From: Bacteroidia bacterium
GTDB taxonomy: Bacteria; Bacteroidota; Bacteroidia; CAIKAF01
Assembly: GCA_016742095.1 (NCBI GenBank)
Contig: JACVCJ010000014.1
Location: forward strand, 17,777 to 81,776
DNA: 64,000 nt
Direction: 5' to 3'
Position numbers and translations under genes: made by a program. Below, piece after piece: positions 29,980 through 39,729 of the stretch (the first letter of the stretch is position 1; each line of letters opens with the position of its first letter). A model generated the notes under the pieces. The model saw only the letters and a list, made by a program, of their open reading frames with translations. It was not told the DNA's origin and made no database searches.

Positions 29980-32652
29980 GTGAAAAAAAGCATAACCATT
30001 ACCGTGGCGTGCCTTGTTGTTTTATTTACAAAGCTGGATACTCAGGCACAATGTCTGAGCGGGAACTGCTTTGTGAATATTACACCGAGTGCCACTACGA
30101 TTTGTGAAGGACAGTCCGTTTCCCTGTCCGTAGATACCGGATCTGCCCTTTTGTTCAACAATTTTAATTCGCAGACACTGGGTGCGGGCTGGACCGTGAA
30201 CCCGGGTACGGTTGTTAATTACAACAATCCCTGCGGCCCCGGCATGGACGGTTCCCCACACGTATGGTTCGGTGCGCAGGCCCCGCAGGGAACGCGTTTC
30301 CTGGCAACGGTGGATTTTAACACGACCGCCGGCGGATTCATCCAGTTCGATTTTAAAATGGCCACCCAGGGCAATGGTTCGCCCTGCGAAGGCCCCGACG
30401 AAGTAGACGAAGGCGTATCGCTGCAGTATTCAAACGACTACGGCGCCACCTGGATCGATATTACCTATTTTTCTCCGGACGGTACCTTTTACCCGTCAAA
30501 TCCCTGTCCGAACTGCAGCGGGGGCGCATTTGTAGCGGGTAATCCGTTTCTGAGCTGGGCAACGTACACGTTCAATTTCCCGGCAGCCGCACAGACGCCC
30601 TGTACACGTTTTCGCTGGACACAGCCCTACAATACCTCGGCCACCAATGACCACTGGGGTATCGACAACGTACTTATTTATGCCAATATTCCGCCGGTAC
30701 CCGGTTTTGTAAACACTGCCACCTGGCTCGATACAGGCGATACCATTACCGGCCCGCGTGTGGTTTCCCCGACCGTTACCACTTCGTATATTGCTAAATT
30801 TGAGACCGGTGCCGGTACCTGCTACGATACGGTGACCATCAACGTAAATCCCAAGCCGGTGGCCAGCCTTACCGGTCCCAGCAATCTCTGCGTAAATACC
30901 CCTTATGTCTTTTCCGGGGCGGGTTCTACGGTATCTTCCGGTACCATTAATAATTACCGTTTTATTATGAATCCCAACGGTGCGACCAACCAGGTGGGGC
31001 CCAACAGTAATCTCAGTTTCACCTATCCCGTGAACGTACCTACTTTCCAGGCTTCCCTGGTGGTGACCACGGCGGCCGGCTGTTCAGATACGGCCTACCT
31101 GCCCATTACCGTTTCGCCTAAACCAGTGCCGCTGTTTACCATGCAGCCCGCCGTGTGCGAGGGTACCCTGGTGAACCTCGACGCTTCGGCGACCAATATT
31201 GCCGCTCCCGGTGTGCTCGGCTATTTTGTATGGGATACCGATGGCGATAATATCAGCGATGACTCGCTGGCCGCTAACCAGAATAGTTTCCTGGCTACAG
31301 GCCCTGGCACACACAATGTGAAACTTACGGTATACAACAGCGTGGGTTGTGCCACTTCGGTAACGCATCCCATTACCATACATCCGCAGCCGGTGGCCGA
31401 TTTTACCGCTGTACCGGGCTGTATAGGCGCTGCTGCCCAGATCACCAATAACAACTTGCAGACCGGAGTGAACTATAACTGGGATTTCGGCGACGGTACC
31501 ACACTGCTATATAACGGTGCTGCCACCGGCCATATCTACACGGCCGCAGGCTCGTACACCATCGAACTTGTGGCCGATCAGCAGGGCCTCTGTTCCGATA
31601 CCATGACGCAGACCATCAGCGTGCAGAACACCGTGGATGCGGCTTTCAGCTTTAACGACCCCTGTGACCTGAACGGTATTTTTACCGATCTTTCTACCGT
31701 GCCGCCTACTTCGGCAGGTACTATAAACAGCTGGTACTGGGACTTTGCCGACGGAAATTCGTCTGCTGTTCAGAACCCGGTGAACCTGTATACCGATAAC
31801 GGCGATTACAATGTAGTACTGATCGTGGGGACCACGGAAGGCTGCTTTGACACACTGATACAGACCGTACCACGCTATGCGAAACCGGTAGCTGACTTTG
31901 CCTTTTCGGAAGTATGCCTGGGACAGGTGTCCAAACTGGCCAATACTTCTACGGTGGCCAGCGGAACCCTGGCGCAGTACAGCTGGGACCTGGGTAACGG
32001 AGTTACGCTCAGCACACCCGACGGCGATCATTCCTACGATAATGCCGGCGCGTACCAGGTAACCCTGATCGTGGTAAGCGACAGAGGCTGCAGCGATACC
32101 GTAAGCCACAGTGTGAACGTATGGCCGGTGCCGACGGCCGATTTTACCACGTTGCCCCTGGGACAGACCACCATGCTGGAACCTACGGTTGAACTCATCG
32201 ACCAGTCTTCCGGAGCCACCGCCTGGGAGTGGTACATAAACAACGTGGGTACCTTCAACGGCCCGAACCCGGTATTCGAGTTCCCGGCCAGCGGTTCCTA
32301 TTCTATTGTACTCACCGTATCCAACCAGTACGGCTGCGAAGACCAGAAACAATCCGATTATATTGTGCTGCCTTCCTATACGTTCTACGTGCCCAACAGC
32401 TTTACGCCGAATGAAGGCGACCTGTTCAATCCCGTATTCCAGGTATACAGCAGAGGCTTGTCTACCATCGATTTCAGAGTGTTCAGCCGCTGGGGCGACC
32501 AGGTTTTCCAGAGCAGTGATCCCGAATTTATCTGGGACGGCACTTTCAAAGGGAAGGACCTGCCCCCGGATGCCTATGCCTACCGTTGCGTAACACGGGA
32601 TGTAGAAGGAAATGAGTACATTTATTACGGACATATTAATCTTATTCGCTGA
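29980..32652 (+). CDS. PKD-repeat cell-surface protein with a T9SS type-B (gliding-motility-associated) C-terminal sorting domain
   Basis: The 890-aa product starts at a GTG and has a signal peptide, several PKD-like ~85-aa repeats (..WDFGDGT.., ..WDFADGNSS.., ..WDLGNGVTLSTPDGDHSY..), and a C-terminus YTFYVPNSFTPNEGDLFNPVF...YRCVTRDVEGNEYIYYGHINLIR that matches the type-B sorting-domain pattern. Confidence 0.8.
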   Translation: MKKSITITVACLVVLFTKLDTQAQCLSGNCFVNITPSATTICEGQSVSLSVDTGSALLFNNFNSQTLGAGWTVNPGTVVNYNNPCGPGMDGSPHVWFGAQAPQGTRFLATVDFNTTAGGFIQFDFKMATQGNGSPCEGPDEVDEGVSLQYSNDYGATWIDITYFSPDGTFYPSNPCPNCSGGAFVAGNPFLSWATYTFNFPAAAQTPCTRFRWTQPYNTSATNDHWGIDNVLIYANIPPVPGFVNTATWLDTGDTITGPRVVSPTVTTSYIAKFETGAGTCYDTVTINVNPKPVASLTGPSNLCVNTPYVFSGAGSTVSSGTINNYRFIMNPNGATNQVGPNSNLSFTYPVNVPTFQASLVVTTAAGCSDTAYLPITVSPKPVPLFTMQPAVCEGTLVNLDASATNIAAPGVLGYFVWDTDGDNISDDSLAANQNSFLATGPGTHNVKLTVYNSVGCATSVTHPITIHPQPVADFTAVPGCIGAAAQITNNNLQTGVNYNWDFGDGTTLLYNGAATGHIYTAAGSYTIELVADQQGLCSDTMTQTISVQNTVDAAFSFNDPCDLNGIFTDLSTVPPTSAGTINSWYWDFADGNSSAVQNPVNLYTDNGDYNVVLIVGTTEGCFDTLIQTVPRYAKPVADFAFSEVCLGQVSKLANTSTVASGTLAQYSWDLGNGVTLSTPDGDHSYDNAGAYQVTLIVVSDRGCSDTVSHSVNVWPVPTADFTTLPLGQTTMLEPTVELIDQSSGATAWEWYINNVGTFNGPNPVFEFPASGSYSIVLTVSNQYGCEDQKQSDYIVLPSYTFYVPNSFTPNEGDLFNPVFQVYSRGLSTIDFRVFSRWGDQVFQSSDPEFIWDGTFKGKDLPPDAYAYRCVTRDVEGNEYIYYGHINLIR

Positions 32653-32667
32653 TCAGCTAAATTTCCT

Positions 32668-32675
32668 TAGATTTG
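32668..32675 (+). promoter_or_regulatory. TAnnTTTG -7 element (TAgaTTTG) upstream of the fused E1 gene
   Basis: It is read directly, 20 nt upstream of the ATG at 32696. Confidence 0.35.
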
Positions 32676-32695
32676 CTGCGTAAAATCAGCATAGG

Positions 32696-34693
32696 ATGAA
32701 CATTGACCTGCCAGAATTGGCTTTCGACAGAAAAGGCATCAGTCTCAAAGAATTAAAAAAACTGTATAAGCATCTTCTTGCACCCCGTCTTATCGAGGAG
32801 AAGATGCTTATTCTGTTACGTCAGGGCCGTATTTCCAAATGGTTCAGCGGGATCGGCCAGGAAGCCATTTCTGTAGGTACCACACTGGCGCTCGATCCCG
32901 ATGAATACATTCTGCCTATGCACCGCAACCTGGGCATGTTCACTTCGCGCGGGATCCCGTACGAAGATCTTTTTAAACAGTTCCAGGGCAAGGAAGGCGG
33001 TTTTACCAAGGGCCGTGACCGTAGTTTTCACTTCGGTACCAATGATTACCACCTGGTGGGGATGATCTCGCACCTGGGCCCGCAGCTGGGCGTAGCCGAC
33101 GGTATTGCCCTGGCCACCAGACTGAAAAAAGAAAACAAAGTTACCCTTGTGGTTACCGGTGACGGGGGTACCAGTGAAGGCGATTTTCACGAAAGCCTGA
33201 ACGTGGCTGCCGTGTGGGACCTGCCCGTGATCTTCGTGATCGAGAACAACGGCTATGGACTCAGCACCCCGAGCAACGAACAGTTCCGTTGCGACCTGCT
33301 GGCCGACCGGGCCATCGGTTACGGAATGGAAGCGGTGACCATCGACGGTAACAATATCCTGGAAGTATACAACACGACGCGCCGCCTGGCCGAAGATCTG
33401 CGCCAGAATCCGCGTCCGGTGATCCTGGAATGCATCACGTTCCGTATGCGCGGCCACGAAGAAGCCAGCGGTACCAGGTACGTACCCCAGTATCTTTTTG
33501 ATGCCTGGGCCGCTAAAGACCCGATCACGAATTACGAACAATACCTGCTTGCAGAAGGCATACTCACGGCCGATGAGGTTATGGAGATCCGGGCCGAGAT
33601 CAAAAAAGAGATCAGCGACTCGGTAGAAAAAGCCTTTGCCGTGCCTGCCGTTACCGCCAGCGACGAGACCGAACTGAACGATGTGTACGCTGCGTATACA
33701 CAACAGATAACCCCGCCCATTGCACGTACACGTGAAATGCGCTTTGTGGACGCCGTTTCCGACGGACTCCGTCAGGCCATGTACAAACACGACAACCTGG
33801 TGCTGATGGGGCAGGATATTGCCGAATACGGCGGTGTATTTAAAGTAACGGAAGGTTTCGTGGAAGAATTCGGGAAGGACCGTGTACGCAATACACCGCT
33901 CTGCGAAAGCGCCATTGTGGGTACCGCACTGGGCCTTTCCATCAGGAAAATGAAAGCCATGGTAGAGATGCAGTTCGCCGATTTTGTGACCTGCGGTTTC
34001 AACCAGATCGTGAATAACCTGGCAAAATCGCACTACCGCTGGGGACAGAACGCCGATGTGGTGGTACGCATGCCGGCCGGTGCCGGTGTGGCTGCGGGCC
34101 CCTTCCACAGCCAGAGCAACGAAGCCTGGTTTTTCCACACACCGGGCCTCAAAGTGTTCTATCCTTCTACGGCTGAAGATGCCAAAGGTATGCTGATCGC
34201 GGCTTTTGAAGATCCGAACCCCGTTGTGTTCTTCGAACATAAGGCCCTGTACCGCAGCGTGAGCGGCCAGGTGCCCGAGGGCTATTACACCGTGGAGATC
34301 GGTAAGGCCCGCCGGGTAACGGAAGGCAGCCGCGCCACCATTGTAACCTATGGTTTCGGAGTACACTGGGCCCAGGAAGAACTGGAAAAGAACGGCATCG
34401 GGGACGTAGAGATCATCGACCTGCGCACCCTGCTGCCCTGGGACAAGGAAACCGTTGCCGAAAGCGTACGCAGGACCGGCCGTGTGCTGGTACTGCACGA
34501 AGATACCGTTACAGGCGGTATCGGCGGCGAAATTGCGGCATGGATAGCCGAAAATTGTTTTGAATACCTGGATGCCCCGGTAAAACGACTGGCATCACTG
34601 GATACGCCTGTGCCCTTTGCACCGAACCTGGAATGGAATTTCCTGCCCCGGAACCGAATTGTGCATGTATTGAACGAACTATTAAATTACTAA
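32696..34693 (+). CDS. thiamine-diphosphate-dependent 2-oxoacid (branched-chain/pyruvate-type) dehydrogenase E1 component, fused alpha-beta subunits
   Basis: The 665-aa product has an E1-alpha ThDP-binding fold (..[38 protein letters not shown]..) followed by an E1-beta transketolase-like Pyr domain and C-terminal domain. Confidence 0.85.
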   Translation: MNIDLPELAFDRKGISLKELKKLYKHLLAPRLIEEKMLILLRQGRISKWFSGIGQEAISVGTTLALDPDEYILPMHRNLGMFTSRGIPYEDLFKQFQGKEGGFTKGRDRSFHFGTNDYHLVGMISHLGPQLGVADGIALATRLKKENKVTLVVTGDGGTSEGDFHESLNVAAVWDLPVIFVIENNGYGLSTPSNEQFRCDLLADRAIGYGMEAVTIDGNNILEVYNTTRRLAEDLRQNPRPVILECITFRMRGHEEASGTRYVPQYLFDAWAAKDPITNYEQYLLAEGILTADEVMEIRAEIKKEISDSVEKAFAVPAVTASDETELNDVYAAYTQQITPPIARTREMRFVDAVSDGLRQAMYKHDNLVLMGQDIAEYGGVFKVTEGFVEEFGKDRVRNTPLCESAIVGTALGLSIRKMKAMVEMQFADFVTCGFNQIVNNLAKSHYRWGQNADVVVRMPAGAGVAAGPFHSQSNEAWFFHTPGLKVFYPSTAEDAKGMLIAAFEDPNPVVFFEHKALYRSVSGQVPEGYYTVEIGKARRVTEGSRATIVTYGFGVHWAQEELEKNGIGDVEIIDLRTLLPWDKETVAESVRRTGRVLVLHEDTVTGGIGGEIAAWIAENCFEYLDAPVKRLASLDTPVPFAPNLEWNFLPRNRIVHVLNELLNY

Positions 34694-34703
34694 ACAAAAA
34701 CGT

Positions 34704-35684
34704 ATGGTAAGAACGGACTGGACACGTGAAGAAGTAGCTCAGATTTACAACAAACCCTTAATAGATCTGGTTTTTGAAGCGGGAAGAATTCACCGCGAAA
34801 ATTTTAACGGCAACGAGGTACAGATGAGTACGCTCCTGTCGATCAAAACGGGCGGATGTCCCGAAGATTGCGCTTACTGCCCGCAGGCGGCCCGCTATAA
34901 CACCGGTGTAAAAGGAACACCCCTGCTCAACGAAGAAGAGATACTGATGTCGGCCCTGGCGGCTAAGGCGAACGGCAGCAGCCGCTTCTGCATGGGTGCG
35001 GCCTGGCGCGAGGTAAAGGACAACCGCCATTTCGACCAGGTGGTAAGCCTCGTAAAGACCATTACCGATATGGACATGGAAGTGTGCTGCACCCTGGGCA
35101 TGCTCAACGAACACCAGGCACAGCGCCTCAAGGAAGCCGGCCTGTACGCCTACAACCACAACCTGGACACATCGCCTGAATATTACGAACACATCATTAC
35201 CACACGTACCTACGACGATCGTCTGAAAACGCTCGAGAACGTACGCAACGCCGGTATTTCGGTATGCTGCGGCGGTATCGTGGGCATGGGCGAGCAGGAG
35301 ACCGACCGTATCGGCCTGCTGCAGACCCTGGCAACCCTGCCGCGTCACCCCGAAAGTGTGCCCATTAATGCGCTGGTGTCCGTAAAAGGTACCCCGCTGG
35401 GCGAGCAGGAAAAACTGCCCTTCTGGGATATGCTCCGCTGCATTGCCACGGCCCGTATCATTATGCCGCGCAGTATGGTACGCCTCAGTGCCGGCCGTGC
35501 CGAAATGAGCCTCAGCGAGCAGTTCCTGTGCTTCCTGGCAGGCGCCAACAGCATTTTTGCCGGCGAAAAACTGCTTACCACGCCCAACCCCGAGTTCAAC
35601 AGCGATAAAGCGATGTTCGAGCTCTTTGGACTGAAAAACATGCCTGCGTTCGCGTCCTGCGAAAAAGAACAGGTAGAAGCATAA
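34704..35684 (+). CDS. bioB: biotin synthase
   Basis: A radical-SAM CPEDCAYC cluster motif sits in the BioB context (..[25 protein letters not shown]..). The product is 326 aa. Confidence 0.95.
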   Translation: MVRTDWTREEVAQIYNKPLIDLVFEAGRIHRENFNGNEVQMSTLLSIKTGGCPEDCAYCPQAARYNTGVKGTPLLNEEEILMSALAAKANGSSRFCMGAAWREVKDNRHFDQVVSLVKTITDMDMEVCCTLGMLNEHQAQRLKEAGLYAYNHNLDTSPEYYEHIITTRTYDDRLKTLENVRNAGISVCCGGIVGMGEQETDRIGLLQTLATLPRHPESVPINALVSVKGTPLGEQEKLPFWDMLRCIATARIIMPRSMVRLSAGRAEMSLSEQFLCFLAGANSIFAGEKLLTTPNPEFNSDKAMFELFGLKNMPAFASCEKEQVEA

Positions 35685-35688
35685 ACGT

Positions 35689-36783
35689 ATGATCCCCCGG
35701 AACCTGGAGGAAAAATTAGCGGAACGGGAGCGTGCGGGAAACGTACGCTCTCTGCCCGTTTTATACCCCGGCCTCAGCGATTTTTCGGGCAACGATTACC
35801 TGGGTTTTTCCGGTGCCCTTACAATGGACGGACATTTACCCGCCGGTTCTACCGGCAGCCGCCTCATTTCGGGCAATCACCCCGTATTTTATAAACTGGA
35901 AAACGAGATACTGCCTGACTTTCACGGTTTTGAAGCCGCCCTGTTCTTCGGTTCGGGCTACACGGCCAATACCGGGCTTTTTTCCTGCATCGCCGGACGT
36001 ACGGACACCATACTGTACGACGAAAAAGTGCATGCCAGTATCCGCGACGGCATCCGCACGGGGCTGTCGAAGGCACACGCTTTCCGCCATAATTCCCCGA
36101 AAGACCTCGAAACGCGCCTGCAACGGGCAGAAGGACAGGTGTTCGTTGCCGTGGAAAGCGTATACAGTATGGACGGTGACCTGGCTCCCCTGCGCGAAAT
36201 AGCGGCCCTGTGCGGCAGGTACAAGGCTTTCCTGATCGTAGATGAGGCCCATGCCCTGGGGGTATTCGGAAAGGGCCTGATCGATGCATACCAGCTGCAG
36301 AAAGCGGTATTTGCGGCCGTTTTTACCTACGGGAAAGCCTTTGGTGTACATGGCGCTGCGGTTTGCGGTCCGGAGATACTGAAACGTTTCCTGCTGAATT
36401 TCTCAAGACCTTTTATATACACTACGGCGCCCGCCCCGGAATCAGTACAGCGGGTGATAGATGCCTATACGCTTTTTTCTTCAGAAGAAGGACAACGCCG
36501 CTGTGCCAGGCTGAACGAACGGATCGCTTACTGGAACACAGGACCCGTTTTTAGCTATTTTTCACGAAACCCCTCGGCCATTCAATGCGTATATATAAAA
36601 GGAAACGAAGCTGCCCGTTCCCTGGAAAAAGAACTTCAGCGGGCCGGGTTCTCTGTGAAGGCCATCCTGCATCCCACCGTTGCCGAAGGGGAGGAGCGTA
36701 TACGTATTTCGCTGGGCGCTGCCCGTTCGGAAGCAGAAATTGACCGGCTGAAACAGGTAATTCATAACTTTTTTGCCTTATGA
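35689..36783 (+). CDS. bioF: 8-amino-7-oxononanoate synthase
   Basis: A 364-aa class-II PLP aminotransferase (..VESVYSMDGDLAPL.., ..TYGKAFGVHGAAVCG..) located between bioB and bioD. Confidence 0.85.
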   Translation: MIPRNLEEKLAERERAGNVRSLPVLYPGLSDFSGNDYLGFSGALTMDGHLPAGSTGSRLISGNHPVFYKLENEILPDFHGFEAALFFGSGYTANTGLFSCIAGRTDTILYDEKVHASIRDGIRTGLSKAHAFRHNSPKDLETRLQRAEGQVFVAVESVYSMDGDLAPLREIAALCGRYKAFLIVDEAHALGVFGKGLIDAYQLQKAVFAAVFTYGKAFGVHGAAVCGPEILKRFLLNFSRPFIYTTAPAPESVQRVIDAYTLFSSEEGQRRCARLNERIAYWNTGPVFSYFSRNPSAIQCVYIKGNEAARSLEKELQRAGFSVKAILHPTVAEGEERIRISLGAARSEAEIDRLKQVIHNFFAL

Positions 36784-37391
36784 ACAAACGCGGGTATTTT
36801 ATAACGGGAATCGGTACCGAGGTGGGTAAGACCATCGTAAGCGCCGTATTGTGCAAAGCCCTGGAGGCCGATTATTTCAAGCCGGTGCAATGCGGCGACC
36901 TCGACATGCCCGAAGGTGGCAAAATAAGCAGCCTGGTGCCGGGTACGTATATTCATCCCACGGTATACAGCCTGCGTGAACCGGTATCGCCACACCGCGC
37001 AGCCCGCATGGAAGGGATCGAGATCAGCCTGGACGCCATACAACTGCCGCAAAGCGATCGTATACTCATCGTGGAAGGCGCCGGCGGACTGATGGTGCCC
37101 CTGAACGACAGCCAGACCATGACCGACCTGGTCCGCAGCCTGGAACTGCCGCTCATCCTCGTGGTGAACCATTACCTGGGCAGCATCAATCACACCCTGC
37201 TTTCCCTGGGGCTTATCCGTATGCACGACCTGCCTTTTGCCGGCATTGTTTTCAACGGGAATCCCGACCCCGAAAGCGAACGCATTATTCACACCCTGAG
37301 CGGAGCAGAGATACTCGGGCATGTTTCGTATATGGATGAACTGAGCCCGGAACAGGTGACACGCGCTGCCGCGAATATTAAAATAGTATAG
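36780..37391 (+). CDS. bioD: dethiobiotin synthetase
   Basis: It has a P-loop (GYFITGIGTEVGKT) and is 203 aa. It overlaps the bioF stop by 4 bp. Confidence 0.9.
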   Translation: MNKRGYFITGIGTEVGKTIVSAVLCKALEADYFKPVQCGDLDMPEGGKISSLVPGTYIHPTVYSLREPVSPHRAARMEGIEISLDAIQLPQSDRILIVEGAGGLMVPLNDSQTMTDLVRSLELPLILVVNHYLGSINHTLLSLGLIRMHDLPFAGIVFNGNPDPESERIIHTLSGAEILGHVSYMDELSPEQVTRAAANIKIV

Positions 37392-37393
37392 TA

Positions 37394-38668
37394 ATGATCA
37401 AAGAGAACGATCACCGTTATATCTGGCATCCCTTCAGCAGCTGGTCGGCAGAACCCGATCAGGTGCCCGTAGTAAAGGGAAAGGCCGAGTTCCTGTACGA
37501 TGCAGAAGGAAAAACGTATATAGATGCTATATCGTCCTGGTGGGTAAATATCCATGGACACAGTCATCCGTACATCAACCAGAAAATAGCCGAACAGCTG
37601 GCCGAACTCGAGCATGTTATTTTTTCAGGTTTTACGCATGCACCGGCCGTGACCCTGGCCGAACGCCTGGTACAGAAAGCCGGCGGGGGCAGCGGTAAGA
37701 TATTCTTTTCCGACAATGGAAGTACTTCGGTAGAAGTAGCGCTGAAACTGGCCATCCAGTTCTGGAAGAACCGGGGCGAGCAGCGTACGGTGTTCCTTGC
37801 CTTCGAAGGCGCTTACCACGGCGATACCTTTGGCAGTATGAGCGTAAGTGAGCGCGACGTGTTCACACAGGCCTTCGAAAAACTGCTTTTTAACGTAGAA
37901 TACATTCCCCTGCCCACGGAAGAAAATATACAGGATATCCGCCGGAAACTGGCCGGTATACTGGAAGAACAGCGGGTGGCCGCTTTTATTTACGAACCCC
38001 TGGTGCAGGGCGCGGGCGGTATGCGTATGTATGCGGCGGAACACCTGCAGCAGCTGGTAACACTGGTCCGTCAGCAGGGCGTGCTGTGTATTGCTGACGA
38101 AGTGATGACCGGTTTCGGACGTACGGGTACGTTTTTTGCTTCCGACCGTCTTCCGGAACGTCCGGATATGCTGTGCATGAGCAAAGCCCTTACCGGTGGG
38201 TACCTGCCCATGGGCGCCACCTGGGTGAACGAACAGGTACTGTCGGAATTCAGGCAGGCCACGCCCGAACGTACCTTTTACCACGGACATTCCTTTACCG
38301 GTAATCCCATTGCCTGTGCGGCCGCCAACGCCTCGCTCGATCTGCTGGGCAATGCCGCCGTACAACAGGGGATAGAAGAACTGGAATTCCGCATGGTGGC
38401 CCTGGCCGATGAGTTCTCTGCACACCCGCGCCTGCAGGACGTACGCGTGTGCGGCACCATACTGGCCATGGACGTGCGCGTACCCGATGAAGGCTATTTT
38501 TATACACACCCGGTAAAGAAAATACTGTACGATACCGCCCTGGAGAACGGCGTGCTGCTGCGGCCCATGGGCAATGTACTGTACGTACTGCCCCCGTACT
38601 GCATCCGGGAAGAAAGCCTGGAACAGGTACGACAAACCCTTTATAAATGCCTCGAAAAAACTGCATAG
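37394..38668 (+). CDS. bioA: adenosylmethionine-8-amino-7-oxononanoate aminotransferase
   Basis: A 424-aa class-III aminotransferase (..IWHPFSSWS.., ..FFSDNGSTSVEVALKLA.., ..CMSKALTGGYLPMGATW..). Confidence 0.9.
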   Translation: MIKENDHRYIWHPFSSWSAEPDQVPVVKGKAEFLYDAEGKTYIDAISSWWVNIHGHSHPYINQKIAEQLAELEHVIFSGFTHAPAVTLAERLVQKAGGGSGKIFFSDNGSTSVEVALKLAIQFWKNRGEQRTVFLAFEGAYHGDTFGSMSVSERDVFTQAFEKLLFNVEYIPLPTEENIQDIRRKLAGILEEQRVAAFIYEPLVQGAGGMRMYAAEHLQQLVTLVRQQGVLCIADEVMTGFGRTGTFFASDRLPERPDMLCMSKALTGGYLPMGATWVNEQVLSEFRQATPERTFYHGHSFTGNPIACAAANASLDLLGNAAVQQGIEELEFRMVALADEFSAHPRLQDVRVCGTILAMDVRVPDEGYFYTHPVKKILYDTALENGVLLRPMGNVLYVLPPYCIREESLEQVRQTLYKCLEKTA

Positions 38669-38669
38669 C

Positions 38670-39257
38670 ATGAGAAAACACCTCCGCCGCAGCCTGCGTA
38701 TATCGCGCTATGTGGTATACCGCGAAACTCTTGTGGACTTTAAGGAACATCTCTGGGCTTTCCTGGGCTCCTTTGCGGGTATTGCGCTCATCGCCTTCCT
38801 GCAGAGCCGCTTCCTCAGCCTGGAAGATAACCTCTTCCTCATCGGTTCTTTCGGCGCCTCGGCCGTGCTGGTCTACGGCGTTATCAACAGTCCGCTGGCC
38901 CAGCCCCGCAACCTCATCGGCGGACACCTGGTATCGGCCCTGATCGGGGTCTGTGTACAGAAAACCGGGCTGGACATTCTCTGGATATCAGCCCCACTGG
39001 CGGTTTCGCTCTCTATTGTGGCCATGCAGCTTACCAAAACCCTGCATCCGCCCGGTGGCGCTACGGCGCTTATTGCCGTGATCGGTTCTGAAAAAGTAAA
39101 GGCCCTGGGCTTTTTGTATGTACTGTCCCCGGTGCTCAGCGGTTGCCTCATCCTGCTGCTGATCGCCCTGGTGGTGAACAATATTCCCCATGGCCGCCGT
39201 TACCCGACCCGCAGCCGCGTCCTCATCCGCAGAAGGCGTAAACAGCGCGTTTCCTGA
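38670..39257 (+). CDS. HPP-family integral membrane protein
   Basis: The ATG lies 1 nt after the bioA stop. The product has four TM helices and an HPPGGA motif (..LTKTLHPPGGATALIAV..). Track ORF 38574..39257 is trimmed to the ATG at 38670. Confidence 0.7.
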   Translation: MRKHLRRSLRISRYVVYRETLVDFKEHLWAFLGSFAGIALIAFLQSRFLSLEDNLFLIGSFGASAVLVYGVINSPLAQPRNLIGGHLVSALIGVCVQKTGLDILWISAPLAVSLSIVAMQLTKTLHPPGGATALIAVIGSEKVKALGFLYVLSPVLSGCLILLLIALVVNNIPHGRRYPTRSRVLIRRRRKQRVS

Positions 39258-39729
39258 ATTCCGGTTAATTAAAAAAAGCCGCGTTCCTTCCTCATAGTTT
39301 TGCCGGAGTGAAACCGTCTGTCCGCTTTATAATCGCCTGATTTTTCGTATATATATCCGTATCCGGCCCGGCATTGTATTCGATACCAAAGCCCGGGAGC
39401 AGGGACTGCTTCCGCAGGAGAATAGGGTATCCACGGAGTTGCTGACGGATCAACGCCTGAACGAAAACGGACAGGACTGCCGGCTGTATGAAGTGAAAAG
39501 CTTTTACCCGGCCGGAGGGCTGAGATCGTCCCGTAAGGAATGGCGGGGTAACTGAGTCCTGCGGCGTACCGGAACAGTGGCCCATTATGATGAGAACGGC
39601 CGCCTGGCGCATGAATAAGTGCATGTTAATATTGGGCGAAGCGTTTGAACCTACCTGTTTTTTTGCTATATTGAACGCACATCTCCAATTTCCTGGACCT
39701 GTATTGATTAATATACTAAAAATACGGTT

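Noticed and set aside
32816-34498. 560-aa minus-strand ORF
   Set aside because: It is antisense to the fused E1 dehydrogenase gene.
34758-38671. Several 150-350-aa minus-strand ORFs across the bio operon (34758..35792, 35836..36351, 36762..37322, 37625..38671)
   Set aside because: They are antisense to bioB, bioF, bioD and bioA, which have strong family motifs on the + strand.
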